This document shows, piece after piece, positions 8,888-19,385 of a DNA stretch of 47,244 bases. The notes beneath the pieces are model-generated. The model ran no database searches. It was not told the origin of the DNA and saw nothing but the letters and a program-made list of their open reading frames with translations. Numbering within the stretch: the first letter of the stretch is position 1; every line of letters begins with the position of its first letter. The translations under genes were made by a program, and so were the position numbers. This DNA is from a virus (taxonomy: Duplodnaviria > Caudoviricetes): the IMG/VR virus record IMGVR_UViG_3300021440_000036, positions 1-47,244 of that record; one strand, given 5' to 3'.

Positions 8888-9799
8888 TCAGAGCTGCCCG
8901 GCACGGGCCTTGCTCAGAGTGGATTTACCTGCGCCGGTCTTCCCGGAGAACGCGGCGCGTTCTTGACTCGCCAGCTTGTTCCGCTTTTCTGCGGCAGTCG
9001 CATTGCCGCTGAACACTTCGCTGACAAGATCTTGCATTGTCACGTCCTCGCCGCCATAGATCGAGGACATCTTCTCGACCGTGGGAAGCTCGGTCGAGAC
9101 GAAACCGAAACCGGATCTCGCAGTCTCCTGCGTTACCCCCTGGGAGGCCAGAGATTCGGCTGTAGCTTGATCAATTCGCAGACCCTGCCCGGAGGCAGCA
9201 CCTGCCACCTGCGAAGCGCGGTAGCGCTTCTCAAGGACCGCAGAGGTGCGGTCCGGATCAAGGGCATAGGCGACGATGTCGCCGGTGCTATAGAACTGCT
9301 TGAAATAGTTCATCGTCGCGTTGTCAGCGTTGTTCAGGGCGTCCTGAACAACGGTCACGCGAGCCTGGATCTCAGTGGGACTGATGTCCCGTTCGAGGAA
9401 CGACTGGAAGTCGGACTGCGAATCGTAGAAGCCGGTCGGAAGACCGGAGTCGACCATGACCTGTCGATAAGCTCTTTCCGTCGAGATGTACTCGGCGGGA
9501 GAGAGGACAGGAAGACCTGCCGCTAGGCGAGCCTTATTGGCAACGAAGCGCCTCTGATACTCTTCCGTCTGCTGGAGTTGAATGGCGACGGTGTCAGCGG
9601 AATATCCGGCCTGAACCAGTTCCAGAATCCTCGGAGCGAGAGAACCGAGGCCGTACGAGTCGAACAGACTGACCAGGGAAAGGTAGGCATCTTCCTGATC
9701 GACCGATAGGGTCTGCTCATTGGCTGCCTTCCTAAGTTCACGAAGTCTCTCGATAAGGTCTTGAGCGTTTTCGTACGGGTCAAGATCTCCTTCTGCCAC
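8888..9799 (-). CDS. Internal virion/ejection protein candidate
   Basis: 303 aa, helical, in the portal-to-scaffold block. Confidence 0.6.
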   Translation of the reverse strand: MAEGDLDPYENAQDLIERLRELRKAANEQTLSVDQEDAYLSLVSLFDSYGLGSLAPRILELVQAGYSADTVAIQLQQTEEYQRRFVANKARLAAGLPVLSPAEYISTERAYRQVMVDSGLPTGFYDSQSDFQSFLERDISPTEIQARVTVVQDALNNADNATMNYFKQFYSTGDIVAYALDPDRTSAVLEKRYRASQVAGAASGQGLRIDQATAESLASQGVTQETARSGFGFVSTELPTVEKMSSIYGGEDVTMQDLVSEVFSGNATAAEKRNKLASQERAAFSGKTGAGKSTLSKARAGQL

Positions 9800-9800
9800 G

Positions 9801-10676
9801 TCACCCTCCCATGAATCCGAAGTCCTTGAGGACTGCGCTTGCTACGGAGTCCAGGGAGGAACGAGCATTCCTCGTTTTCTTCCAGCGATCATCCTTACGG
9901 AGATCCTGCTCGAACTGGTAGAGCGTCTTCGATGTGGGTTTACCTTCAGGCGTCCGCACCTGGAGTGCGGACTTGATCGTCTTGTCGAACATATCCACAT
10001 CAGCTGGGTTGATCTCCAGAATCTGCGCCATCGACTCTCGATATGCAGAGCTGATGTCATACATATCCATGCCAGAGTTGAGCTGATCAGCGAAGGCCGG
10101 GTATGCAGATGCTGCCTGCTGCCGCAGGAAGTTCGCAATGTAGTCCGCATCGTAGTTGCCCTTGGCGATGTTCATCGCATACTTGTTCTTCGTCGCCTCG
10201 GAAAGACGGATACCATTCGCCCAGGAGATCTTCTCGATCTGGTCAATGGCGTCACCGGTATCACCGGTGTAGACGCCATTCTTCGCCTTGACGTAGTCGC
10301 CAAGAATGTTGGCAATCTGCGCAGAGTTCCAGTTGAACTTCAGCGCATTGTCCGACAGTTTCTTGAGTTGCTCGGAGGAAAGGCGGGCGCCGAGAGCGAC
10401 CGCTGAATCCTTCATCTCTGCCATCGTCTGCGCAAGGCGCGAACTGTAAGTGGCAGGGTCTGTCGACTTCAGCAGTTGATACTGGCGAATGCTCTCGGAG
10501 TGTTTCTTGTACCAAGAGGATTCCTTGAGCTTCGCCGCAAACTTCTCGGCGGACCAAGTGCCCTTCACTGCGGACTTGAAAAGATGCCACAGTGACTTGT
10601 CTGACTTCATGAAGGCGTAGGCGAACCCGTATTCTTCCGCGAGTTTACGCGCCGTCTTCTCGCTGAACTTGGCCAC
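9801..10676 (-). CDS. Internal virion/ejection protein candidate
   Basis: 291 aa, helical, Lys/Ala-rich. Confidence 0.6.
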   Translation of the reverse strand: MAKFSEKTARKLAEEYGFAYAFMKSDKSLWHLFKSAVKGTWSAEKFAAKLKESSWYKKHSESIRQYQLLKSTDPATYSSRLAQTMAEMKDSAVALGARLSSEQLKKLSDNALKFNWNSAQIANILGDYVKAKNGVYTGDTGDAIDQIEKISWANGIRLSEATKNKYAMNIAKGNYDADYIANFLRQQAASAYPAFADQLNSGMDMYDISSAYRESMAQILEINPADVDMFDKTIKSALQVRTPEGKPTSKTLYQFEQDLRKDDRWKKTRNARSSLDSVASAVLKDFGFMGG

Positions 10677-10677
10677 G

Positions 10678-11235
10678 TCATTCTCCCGGATATGTCAGGT
10701 GCACGCCCCACGCTCCTTCATGGGAGCCGACTTTCCTGATTCTGATCTGCTTGCCTGCGCCTGGTGCTTCCAGCACCATGCCGTTCCCGATGTAGAGCGC
10801 GATATGATCTGCGCCCTGATTCCTGGGGGAGTTATCCCAGGCGACAAGATCGCCCGGGGAGAGATCCTTGATCGAGGACCGCTGACCGTAGTTGGCCTGC
10901 TGATAGGAAACCCTCGGGAGATGAACTCCGAAGTGCCGAGCCACATACTGAGTGAGACCAGAGCAGTCGAAGCCCTTCGGGCTCGTCCCGCCCCACCTGT
11001 AATAGATACCGAGGAACTGCTTTCCGTAGTCAACGATCTGCGCCCTAAGGGCGCCCTTCCCAGCGGGCACGCCGCCAGTCGTCGTTGTCTTCGTTCCGAT
11101 GACGACTGGCGCATCGAACTCGGGAGAAGTGATTCCTCCGAGCATCATCGGGGCGTCGATACCCTCGACGCCCGTCTTCTCGGCTCCCTGATTCAGGCCG
11201 GTGTCCACGGACACCGCATCAGCCATTCCCGGCAT
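10678..11235 (-). CDS. NlpC/P60 peptidoglycan endopeptidase
   Basis: Y.WGGTSPKGFDCSGL, LPRVS.QQ, PGDLV, DHIALYIGNG. Confidence 0.92.
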   Translation of the reverse strand: MPGMADAVSVDTGLNQGAEKTGVEGIDAPMMLGGITSPEFDAPVVIGTKTTTTGGVPAGKGALRAQIVDYGKQFLGIYYRWGGTSPKGFDCSGLTQYVARHFGVHLPRVSYQQANYGQRSSIKDLSPGDLVAWDNSPRNQGADHIALYIGNGMVLEAPGAGKQIRIRKVGSHEGAWGVHLTYPGE

Positions 11236-11236
11236 G

Positions 11237-12238
11237 CTAGCCTCCGATAATGGACTGAAGAACGTTCATGTAAGTCGTCGCCGCCTGGTATGCGCCATAC
11301 TCCGGATCGTTCTCTGTCCTGCTACGCAGGTCTTCCTCAACATCCTCAGCGCCGTATCCAGCTTTCGTCACGGTGTCCGAGGTGGTATTTCCTGCGGCGG
11401 TCGTCGTCGACGTCGTTGTGCTGACCGTCGGCTTCGCCTTGGACCTGCTGATGATCATCGAGGAATACCGCCGAAGTTCAGACTTCGTCGGGTCTCTGCC
11501 CATCTGCTCCTGGAACATCGCGCGCACCGCATTGTGCGCGCTGGCATCGGTGATGACCGACGTCGACCTCGACGTCGATGTGGTGGTCTTGGGACCACCG
11601 CCAAGACCGTTGCCCTTTCCGAACTGCCCGCCGAGGAGATCGAGGACCATGTAGGGAGTTACCTGCTTGCCGTGTTCCGCATATCCAGCGGCATGCTGGC
11701 ATGCGAGCGACCAGATCTTGAATGCCTGGTCGTAGTCTGCGGCATTCTCCAGCAGGCCGTATCGGTACATGTCTTGGGCAAGGCCAGCCTGCTTGTCCTC
11801 GTCGAAGTTGTACCATTCATAGATGGCAGTATTGATGTCGACAAGTCCCTTGGACTTGGACAGGTCGACCCCGAGTCCGGCAGCACGATACCGCTGATAG
11901 GCGGTATCGGTTTCAGATCCGACTTCCGGAACGATGTTCAGGTAGACCTTGTTGCCCCGGTCCGTAAGGACCGGCCCTGCGGAAGAACCAGCCCCGGCTG
12001 CCTGATACTGCGCAGCGAACTCGGCGAAACCGCCCCCACCGGCAGAAGCCGGTGGAGCGGCGACGAGTGGAACTTGAGTCGTTGTCGTGCGGATCTGAGA
12101 AGCGGCCGTGGTGCGTGGCTGCTGGGTCACCGGAGTGTAGCCAGCGCGCCACTTGATGAGGCGCTTCTCCTCCTCCGGCGCCGGGGGCGCGGAGGTCAGT
12201 GTAGGAAGCGTCGTATTGACGGAAACCGGATTAGCCAA
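11237..12238 (-). CDS. Internal virion protein candidate
   Basis: 333 aa with Thr-rich linkers, coupled to neighbours. Confidence 0.6.
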   Translation of the reverse strand: MANPVSVNTTLPTLTSAPPAPEEEKRLIKWRAGYTPVTQQPRTTAASQIRTTTTQVPLVAAPPASAGGGGFAEFAAQYQAAGAGSSAGPVLTDRGNKVYLNIVPEVGSETDTAYQRYRAAGLGVDLSKSKGLVDINTAIYEWYNFDEDKQAGLAQDMYRYGLLENAADYDQAFKIWSLACQHAAGYAEHGKQVTPYMVLDLLGGQFGKGNGLGGGPKTTTSTSRSTSVITDASAHNAVRAMFQEQMGRDPTKSELRRYSSMIISRSKAKPTVSTTTSTTTAAGNTTSDTVTKAGYGAEDVEEDLRSRTENDPEYGAYQAATTYMNVLQSIIGG

Positions 12239-15200
12239 TGCCGATCAGCTCCTTACTGAGATCGTCACGTTCAAGGACTCTGTCATACATCTGCTGGAAT
12301 CCGAGATCCTCGGATGCCATCTGCTTGACCCATGCTTCCCATGCATCGCCGAGACCCTTATTTACCTCGTTGTCGATGTTCGTGGAACCATTGGTCAGCA
12401 TTGCTTGCCGCATGGCGGCACGCCCCTGGAGGTACATGTTCAGACGCTGCATGTCCCCGCGCTTACGAAGCTCGGGATGCTTGGCCTGCGCCTGCTGTGC
12501 AGTCATGACCATTCGCACGACCCCTTCGCCGGAGTCGGCGTCATACGCCTTGGCCCATCCGCCGTACTGCTGGCCAAGGTATTGAATATACGCTTTCTTC
12601 GTATCCAGAAGATCTTCCGCTCCACGAGAGCGGATGGTCTTTACCCCGCGAGCAGCAAGTTGCTCGTCGATGTAGGTATTCATCTTCTGATACTCTTGCC
12701 AACCGCGTTCAGCCTCGAACTGTTCTTTCGCCTCGGCCGGAGCCTTCTGGGTTCGGAATTTCTTGGCGTTGCCGTATCCGGCCTCTTGTGTCGTCTGGAA
12801 TGCGTATACCGCCTGGCTGAACTCACCGTAGTTCTCGCTGCCAGCGAGAACCCAGGCGTACTTCAGATCCTTGGACATATCCTCGCGATACTTACGAATC
12901 GCTGGCATGACCTTTTCCGATGCGACCAGACCGCTCTCATTCTTCGAGAGTGAGATGGTAAGTTCGGAGTATTCCGGGAAGTCTTCCCAGAACTGCTGTC
13001 GCGCGTCGTTATTGTTATGAGCCGCGCGGTACACCTCGGGATTCTTCTGGAACTCGTTGTTCATGCGGTGGTACTGGTCGATGTAGAACTGGAACTTCGG
13101 TGACGGATCAACCGTCACCGGGGAAACGGATCTGCTAAGCGCCTTCAGCAGGAACCAGTTTCGAGTCGCGTTATTGATTTCCTTGAACGACTTCTCTGGA
13201 CGGCCCTCCTGGCGGGCCTCGATCGCGTCCTGTGCGGCCAGCATGGAGAATGTGTTGGCGAACTCCTGGGATGTGCCGAACGCCGAAGGGAACGCCTTGA
13301 CGAGATTCCGCGCCCACGCGGGCGCGAACTGCATTCCGGTCTCTTCCTTCGATACGCCGATCGTCAGGATCGACTTGAACATCGGATCATCGGCAAGTTC
13401 GGGGAACGCCGAGCGAACGAAGTTGTTCACCGGCACCTGGACCAGAGGTCCAGCCGACGGAGCCCACCAGGGATCACCCTGGAAGATGACGTTGAAAGAG
13501 TCGGGCCGGATGGAGAGCTTGGCTCCACCGAGATACTTTCCGAGCGAGATGGGAAGAACCGTCGAGCGGTTCTGGCCTTCCTCGTCGACGTAGGTTCGCT
13601 CGGCTTCCATCGAAGACAGCGTGTGGTACATGCGAACCGCAGTGGACGGGTCTTCGTAGAACAGGTTCGCCCACTTTTTCATCGAGTCTTCCCATGCTCC
13701 GAAGAACGGGGAAACGATGCGCATGTGGTATCCGAGTTGACTCATGTCAGACGAGTCATACATCGTCTTCGACAGAATGTTGCGAGCCTGCTTGCTCGCC
13801 ATCCTTCGATATCCATCGATGGCCTCCTGGGTGATCTCGCCCTGATGGCGAGACACCAGATCGGTAAGACTTCGACGGAACTCGGTCGCATACAGTGGCG
13901 ACCGTGCGAGGATGTTCTCCGGAGCATCGGACGCGAACTTGTACCAGCCGTTCCTAAGGGCGTTCCACTTCTCGCCGATCGGATTCGGAGTGAACGGCGA
14001 GTACACTTCGCCGTGAATCTCCATCTGGTTCGCGGGATCGGTGAAGTGCTTGCGCACCTGCTCCCTTGTCCACGATCCTTCAGGAGCGACCAGGTCAGCC
14101 TGGACTGCCTGCTCTCCGCGCGCACGCTTCTCGAATGTGCGCGCATCCTTCTTTGTCTGCACAACGACGTTCGCCCTGCGAAGCGATTCTGACCTGTAGT
14201 CGCGCCAATTCTTGCGGGCGCGACGGCGGACCTTCTCTGCCTCGATCAGATCGGCGCGTTGCTGCGCCGTGCGGCTTCTGGTCGGAATCGCCTTGATGGC
14301 GTCCGCCTTGGCCTTCATCGAGAGGTAAAGTTCCTTGGCCTTTTCGGATTTCATCAGAGCAGCCTCGGCGCGTTGCTGCGCTTCCTCCAGCGACATCATC
14401 CTGGTGTCGACTGCGCCGAGGGTTGCGAGCTTGGCCTGATCAATGGCCGTGAGCTTCTCATTGATCATCGGCTTGGTGTCAACCCGGTCAGCACGGGCGA
14501 CCCAGTCCCGAAGCTCTTGCTTCGGGAGATACTGGTTGTTGTGTGCGATGATCTGCGAAAGCCAGTGGTCAACGCCCTCGGGATGCGAGGGCGAGAGGTT
14601 GGCCCATTCACGTCGCCCTGCGGGCGACTCCGTCACGAACTTGCGGAGTTCGACCAAGTCGTCATTGATCAGAGCCTTCATCGCCGTAGGCGAATACTTG
14701 ATCTGCCTGACGGCACGCTGGTAGTTCGTCCACCAGGACGGATCTCCTGGCCGGATCGGGGCCCAGTTTCCGGTCGAGCGGAGGTTCTTCAGAATGCTGC
14801 TGGAAACTGCATCTCCGAGTTCGGAGAGGCTTGCCCCACCCTGCTGCTGCGAGAGAACGTAAGAGAGGAACTCGACCTCGTTCTCATCCTTCGCTGCACG
14901 CATGTCAACTTCGACGACATCGCCAGTGGCAGTCTTTACCTTGGCGCTTCTGGGTTCAGACAGAACGCGCTTGTATGCGCCCTGCATGTCGCCAGTACGG
15001 AAGAAGTTCTTCCAACTAAGGCTATCCTTACCTTCACGCGAGAGCGTGTAGTACTTCATGGCCTTGGCCGAGGTGGGGATATTCGCCATCCACTGGAGCA
15101 TCCCGAGATGCGCAATGAGACGGAGTTGCGAGTCCATCTGGACTCGCCCGATGTAGCCAGGGCGCAGCAGGAGTGCCGAGTCTTTCCACATCCGGGTCAG

Positions 15201-17099
15201 ACTCTGCATGCCCGCGACGGCGATGTCCTTGCCCTCGCCGAGCTTGTCAAGCGAATCGGAGTCGAGCCAACGGTCCAGCACTCTGGACCGTGTGCCGGTG
15301 CGGTACATCTTCTCGGTGAGATCAGGGTCCATGATCGGAACCTGATCCATGATCTGCGACTGGACCAGCGGGCGAGAGAAGCCATGGAGAATACCGGTTT
15401 CGCCATCCATGAACGGGATGGCGTTCTCGACATCGGTCATCGAGTACAGGCGGGTCTTCAGGCGATCCCTGATCGCCGAACGCCGGGCGATGACAGCGTT
15501 GAGGATCTTGTTCGCCTTGTCCATGTCGTCGATGCCATAGAACCTGGCGACATCGCTATTCATCTGTCCTTCGATGCGCTGAATGACAGCCTGTCGCTGA
15601 CCATCATTGGTTGCACCGATGTACTGGGAGAGCATGTCGCGCCGGGTCTCCGGCGCGGTGTACTTCATCCGCGATACCATGTTGCGAACATCCTGAAGCC
15701 CGTAGTCGGGCGACTTGATGTTGATGTGACCTGGGAGCCGGTTCCCTGCGAGCGAACTGACAACACGCGTGGCGCGCGTTCCGAGGCCGCCGAAGGACCA
15801 CTTTTCCGCCGTCTTGGCGGTTACCCAGTCGTCATACAGTCCGCGACTGCGCGCACGCGCAGCAGTCACATCGACTGCTGCCACATCGACCTTGTTCGTG
15901 AATCCCGAGTTGGAAAGAACTCCGTCGAGTCTGGAGATCTCGGTCTCGATGGCCGCCCTCCGGGCCTGCCATTCCTTCTCGAACTTCGGGTCATGGTAGA
16001 AGTCGAACATCATCTGGCCACCGTCTTCTACGGTGAACAGGTTAAATCCTTCAGTCTGCGGGGGTCGATCTCCCATGAGCTGGAGCTGTTCGTGCAGATC
16101 GGAGTGCTTCTCCTGAAGGCGTTCTTTCGCCTTCAGGTCACCGAGGCCGGTACCAATGATGTCGATCTTGGCGTTCTCCCGCTCGACCGGATCAATGATC
16201 CGATTGGCATCGGAGAGAAGCGCTGCATAGGCCGATGTGTCTGTCGACGTCTGGCCGCTGAGCTTGGAGTTGAACCAGGGCAGGTTGGCGATCTCGGCGG
16301 TGCTGCGACCTTCGGTCATGCTGACGAGGTTCCGGATCTGCCCGGTGGCCCGCGTCTGGGCCTTGGTCAGATCTTCCGGCTCTACGCCCTCTCGGGCGCC
16401 GCTGACGACCTTGGATACATCGACTGGCTCAATGGTCGTGAGTGCGGCCCTGCGGGCCTTGATGAGCTTTCCAGCGCCTTCGGTAGGGTCTGCGTACATC
16501 GCCACGGCGATGTCGATCGCGCCGGACGAGAGACGTCCGCGCCAGGTCTCCTTGAAGAACTTGCGGCGCTCTTCCACGGAAGCCGCGTCCATCGGATAGA
16601 CGCGATCCTTATTTAAATCGCCCCAATTGGAGAACTTTCCCACAACTGCCTGGCCAGCCGAGATCCCCTCGGCTGGGGCCTGCGTGTCGGAAGTCTTAAC
16701 TTCCGACCCGGTCCGCTTCCATGCTTCCTTGAAATCGTCGACCCCGAAGGGCAGCGAGAAGAACGCCTCTACAGGATTGTCAGCAGGATCGGATGTAACG
16801 CTTGCCTGCGTCGCGGCCGAGAGGCCGCGATTGCCTGCGGACATCACCCAGTCGACAGGCTTATTGATCTTCTGTTCCAGGGCGCGGCGGGAATCATACT
16901 GCTGCCGCGCCGCTGGAGTCAGTTTGTTCGGGTCGACCATATCGGTCGTGCGGGTTGCGAATACCCCGAGTCCGGCGGATACCGCCGGATTGCTGATGAG
17001 GAACCGCGAGAAGTCGTTGTTCCAGGCCGACGTCCACACGTCTCCGATGGAACCGATGACCTTGTCCTGGGCTTCCCCAAGTCGATCCCAGAAGCCCAT
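12231..17099 (-). CDS. Large internal virion (ejection) protein, about 1622 aa
   Basis: Start MGFWDRLG after AAGGAG; size and position typical of podovirus core proteins. Confidence 0.7.
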   Translation of the reverse strand: MGFWDRLGEAQDKVIGSIGDVWTSAWNNDFSRFLISNPAVSAGLGVFATRTTDMVDPNKLTPAARQQYDSRRALEQKINKPVDWVMSAGNRGLSAATQASVTSDPADNPVEAFFSLPFGVDDFKEAWKRTGSEVKTSDTQAPAEGISAGQAVVGKFSNWGDLNKDRVYPMDAASVEERRKFFKETWRGRLSSGAIDIAVAMYADPTEGAGKLIKARRAALTTIEPVDVSKVVSGAREGVEPEDLTKAQTRATGQIRNLVSMTEGRSTAEIANLPWFNSKLSGQTSTDTSAYAALLSDANRIIDPVERENAKIDIIGTGLGDLKAKERLQEKHSDLHEQLQLMGDRPPQTEGFNLFTVEDGGQMMFDFYHDPKFEKEWQARRAAIETEISRLDGVLSNSGFTNKVDVAAVDVTAARARSRGLYDDWVTAKTAEKWSFGGLGTRATRVVSSLAGNRLPGHINIKSPDYGLQDVRNMVSRMKYTAPETRRDMLSQYIGATNDGQRQAVIQRIEGQMNSDVARFYGIDDMDKANKILNAVIARRSAIRDRLKTRLYSMTDVENAIPFMDGETGILHGFSRPLVQSQIMDQVPIMDPDLTEKMYRTGTRSRVLDRWLDSDSLDKLGEGKDIAVAGMQSLTRMWKDSALLLRPGYIGRVQMDSQLRLIAHLGMLQWMANIPTSAKAMKYYTLSREGKDSLSWKNFFRTGDMQGAYKRVLSEPRSAKVKTATGDVVEVDMRAAKDENEVEFLSYVLSQQQGGASLSELGDAVSSSILKNLRSTGNWAPIRPGDPSWWTNYQRAVRQIKYSPTAMKALINDDLVELRKFVTESPAGRREWANLSPSHPEGVDHWLSQIIAHNNQYLPKQELRDWVARADRVDTKPMINEKLTAIDQAKLATLGAVDTRMMSLEEAQQRAEAALMKSEKAKELYLSMKAKADAIKAIPTRSRTAQQRADLIEAEKVRRRARKNWRDYRSESLRRANVVVQTKKDARTFEKRARGEQAVQADLVAPEGSWTREQVRKHFTDPANQMEIHGEVYSPFTPNPIGEKWNALRNGWYKFASDAPENILARSPLYATEFRRSLTDLVSRHQGEITQEAIDGYRRMASKQARNILSKTMYDSSDMSQLGYHMRIVSPFFGAWEDSMKKWANLFYEDPSTAVRMYHTLSSMEAERTYVDEEGQNRSTVLPISLGKYLGGAKLSIRPDSFNVIFQGDPWWAPSAGPLVQVPVNNFVRSAFPELADDPMFKSILTIGVSKEETGMQFAPAWARNLVKAFPSAFGTSQEFANTFSMLAAQDAIEARQEGRPEKSFKEINNATRNWFLLKALSRSVSPVTVDPSPKFQFYIDQYHRMNNEFQKNPEVYRAAHNNNDARQQFWEDFPEYSELTISLSKNESGLVASEKVMPAIRKYREDMSKDLKYAWVLAGSENYGEFSQAVYAFQTTQEAGYGNAKKFRTQKAPAEAKEQFEAERGWQEYQKMNTYIDEQLAARGVKTIRSRGAEDLLDTKKAYIQYLGQQYGGWAKAYDADSGEGVVRMVMTAQQAQAKHPELRKRGDMQRLNMYLQGRAAMRQAMLTNGSTNIDNEVNKGLGDAWEAWVKQMASEDLGFQQMYDRVLERDDLSKELIGIG

Positions 17100-17107
17100 G
17101 TGTCTCC

Positions 17108-17548
17108 TTAAGGCATGTTGGCGATGACTCGTCTCACCCAACGTTTCGTACTTGGCGGCGTGTCATCGCGGTCGGCGATTGAGACTAGAACTGGCAGGTA
17201 CTGCCGAAGATATTCAGCATCTGCCCGATCTGGGTTTACGGGATTCCCGATCGCTTCCGTCCCTGCGCCCGGTCCGTACTGAGCCCCGTCTGTTACCGGA
17301 ACGTTTGGCCATTGGCTTTTCTCTCCAAGTCCGGTGAACGAGACTCCTCCGCCTCCACCGCCTTGAGCGGTGGGTGTAGCGGAGCGCATCGGCGCTCCCT
17401 GCTGAATCTCACGGAAGGTCTTCTGCTCGCCGTAGGCGGCATCAGACAGAGGCATCTGCATCGGTCCACCGTCCGTCCTACGGGAGTTCTTCCCCGGCCC
17501 CGATACGGGGGCCGGGTTTTCGGGTCTGCGATATCCGCCCCGTGGCAT
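17108..17548 (-). CDS. Hypothetical protein after the portal gene
   Basis: RGGYR.P.NPAPVSGPG..SRRTDG N-terminus. Confidence 0.7.
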   Translation of the reverse strand: MPRGGYRRPENPAPVSGPGKNSRRTDGGPMQMPLSDAAYGEQKTFREIQQGAPMRSATPTAQGGGGGGVSFTGLGEKSQWPNVPVTDGAQYGPGAGTEAIGNPVNPDRADAEYLRQYLPVLVSIADRDDTPPSTKRWVRRVIANMP

Positions 17549-17553
17549 TCAGA

Positions 17554-19377
17554 TCACGCCCCCGCCGGGGCGTAGCGGCTGACTCCGGCCTGAAGGTTCG
17601 GTGCACCCGAACCAGTGAGGCCAGCGAAAAGCATCTGAAGGTCCGGTCGACCCTGCGACCCTTCAGTCGCCAGCCCGGGCTCAAGCCCGGCGGGAAGTCC
17701 TTCGGATGTGAACCCCTCGGCGCCTGTGGCGCCGCCTGCGCCAGTTTCCTGGCCGGGAGGTGCTGCCGCCGTCGGCGGCGGTTCCGGGGGCTTCAGGGCC
17801 GCAATGGCGGCCTCCTCGACCGACTTGCCCCTCTGGAGAAGCTCGATGAACTTCGCCTGCTGGATGATCGGAGCTGTGGCATCACCGCCCATGGCGGCGA
17901 GTTGCGGAATGGACTGCGACAGCGCCGCGAAAGCTTGGATGATCGCATCGCGGGACTGCTCGATATTGATCTTGCTGACCTCTTCGGCCGGATTGATTCC
18001 GACCGGAAGATTCCTGGCCAGGTAGTCCTTGCTGATCACCCCAGCGGCCTGGGCCTGAAGCAGGAAGACCAGCGCGCGGTTGGCGTCGAGGCCAGCCGCG
18101 AACCCGTAGGTCACTTCGATGGTGTGATCCTTGGCGATATCCTTCGCCGGGCGGTACTTGACGGCATACGGAACACCGTTGTCCTGGCCTCGGATTTCCT
18201 TTTCGACGTTGGGCCAATATGCCTCGTCGGTCTCGAAGCACAGTTCGACTGCGCCCTTGAATCCGTAGGAAAGGGCAGCCTGGGCGCCAGCAATCTGCGA
18301 GGAGAAGCTCGCCATGAGCTGCTGGACGCCGCGTCCTGTGATGACGGACGCGTCCACTGCGCCAGAGCGCGCCTCGGGGCTCATTGCCCCGAGTTGCTGC
18401 TCGGTCTTCAGTGACTCGACGGCTCCGAATGCCTGCGCAGGCATGTCGAGACGAGCGCGGCCCACGGCGCCCGCGCCCGAGTTCGTGTGGATGACCCCAT
18501 CAGGCCCAAGAGCAACATCGTCGACGTCCATCGGGACGACGATCGGGGCGCGGACGGACTTGTCGACGCCCTCAATGAGCAGAGATTGCAGTCTATGCCG
18601 GGCGAACTGCACCCAGATGACATCGTCATACGCTCCCCGGTGCTCGTCGTCCACGCCTGGACGCTGCACGCACACGTACGGGCATCGCTTGAGGCGATTG
18701 GGAATGTCGGCGAGTACTGCGTTTCCCATGTCGGGGAGGTAAACAACGGTTCGAGTGGAAGAGACATACTTGATTACCTCGACCTTCGACGACGCGGCCG
18801 GGAGCTTGAATGCCATCGGGTATTCGCGCTTGAGACGCGCGAGTCCAGGGTAATCGGCTTCGAGCTGGAACCAATCCGCGTACCAGACGCGGGTGAACTC
18901 TTTCGTCCGACCACGCATGTCGATGACCGGATACGCGCCGATGGCATCCTCGACCTTGATCCAGGGCGAGGATGTGTCGAAGTCGGGCTCTACCGCAAGG
19001 ACCAGCAGGCCGTAGGTGTTGAACTGGTCCGCACCTCGAAGCATCTGCCATGCGAGATCTGAAGACGCGATGTAGTTGTTGGCGATCTTCGTTCTCTTGT
19101 CGGCGAACTTTTTCGCCGTGTCAGACAGCATCGAACTTGCCGAGCAGTTGAATGAGGGAAGCGGGGCGAGGACACTCGCCACATCCCTGGCGGTCGTGTC
19201 AATCAGGTTCGCAACGATGGGCCGCTTGAACACATCGGAGAATGCATCCGGCCATACGGCCTCGAAGTTTCCCCTCCGGACCTGCTGAACCTCGAAGTGA
19301 CGTGCGTCACGCGCCCTGTGGCGCTGCCTGATTGCCTCTACTCGCTGGGGGATGGTGCCGAGATCAACGCTCTGCAT
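17554..19377 (-). CDS. Portal protein
   Basis: About 607 aa directly after terminase; AGGAG RBS; PIVANLID..ARD, ITGRGVQ.L. Confidence 0.85.
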   Translation of the reverse strand: MQSVDLGTIPQRVEAIRQRHRARDARHFEVQQVRRGNFEAVWPDAFSDVFKRPIVANLIDTTARDVASVLAPLPSFNCSASSMLSDTAKKFADKRTKIANNYIASSDLAWQMLRGADQFNTYGLLVLAVEPDFDTSSPWIKVEDAIGAYPVIDMRGRTKEFTRVWYADWFQLEADYPGLARLKREYPMAFKLPAASSKVEVIKYVSSTRTVVYLPDMGNAVLADIPNRLKRCPYVCVQRPGVDDEHRGAYDDVIWVQFARHRLQSLLIEGVDKSVRAPIVVPMDVDDVALGPDGVIHTNSGAGAVGRARLDMPAQAFGAVESLKTEQQLGAMSPEARSGAVDASVITGRGVQQLMASFSSQIAGAQAALSYGFKGAVELCFETDEAYWPNVEKEIRGQDNGVPYAVKYRPAKDIAKDHTIEVTYGFAAGLDANRALVFLLQAQAAGVISKDYLARNLPVGINPAEEVSKINIEQSRDAIIQAFAALSQSIPQLAAMGGDATAPIIQQAKFIELLQRGKSVEEAAIAALKPPEPPPTAAAPPGQETGAGGATGAEGFTSEGLPAGLEPGLATEGSQGRPDLQMLFAGLTGSGAPNLQAGVSRYAPAGA

Positions 19378-19385
19378 CCGCACTC

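Noticed and set aside
14259-16616. 785-aa plus-strand ORF (likewise 1378..2991, 3992..4981, 6635..7990, 11201..12259, 20064..21272, 35367..36467, 38047..39273)
   Set aside because: Antisense shadows of real genes caused by GC-rich codon bias; no motifs, and their boundaries largely track the real genes
12231-17099. Virion RNA polymerase or tape measure protein
   Set aside because: No DxxGR/DxDGD polymerase motifs or TMP repeats seen; context fits an ejection protein
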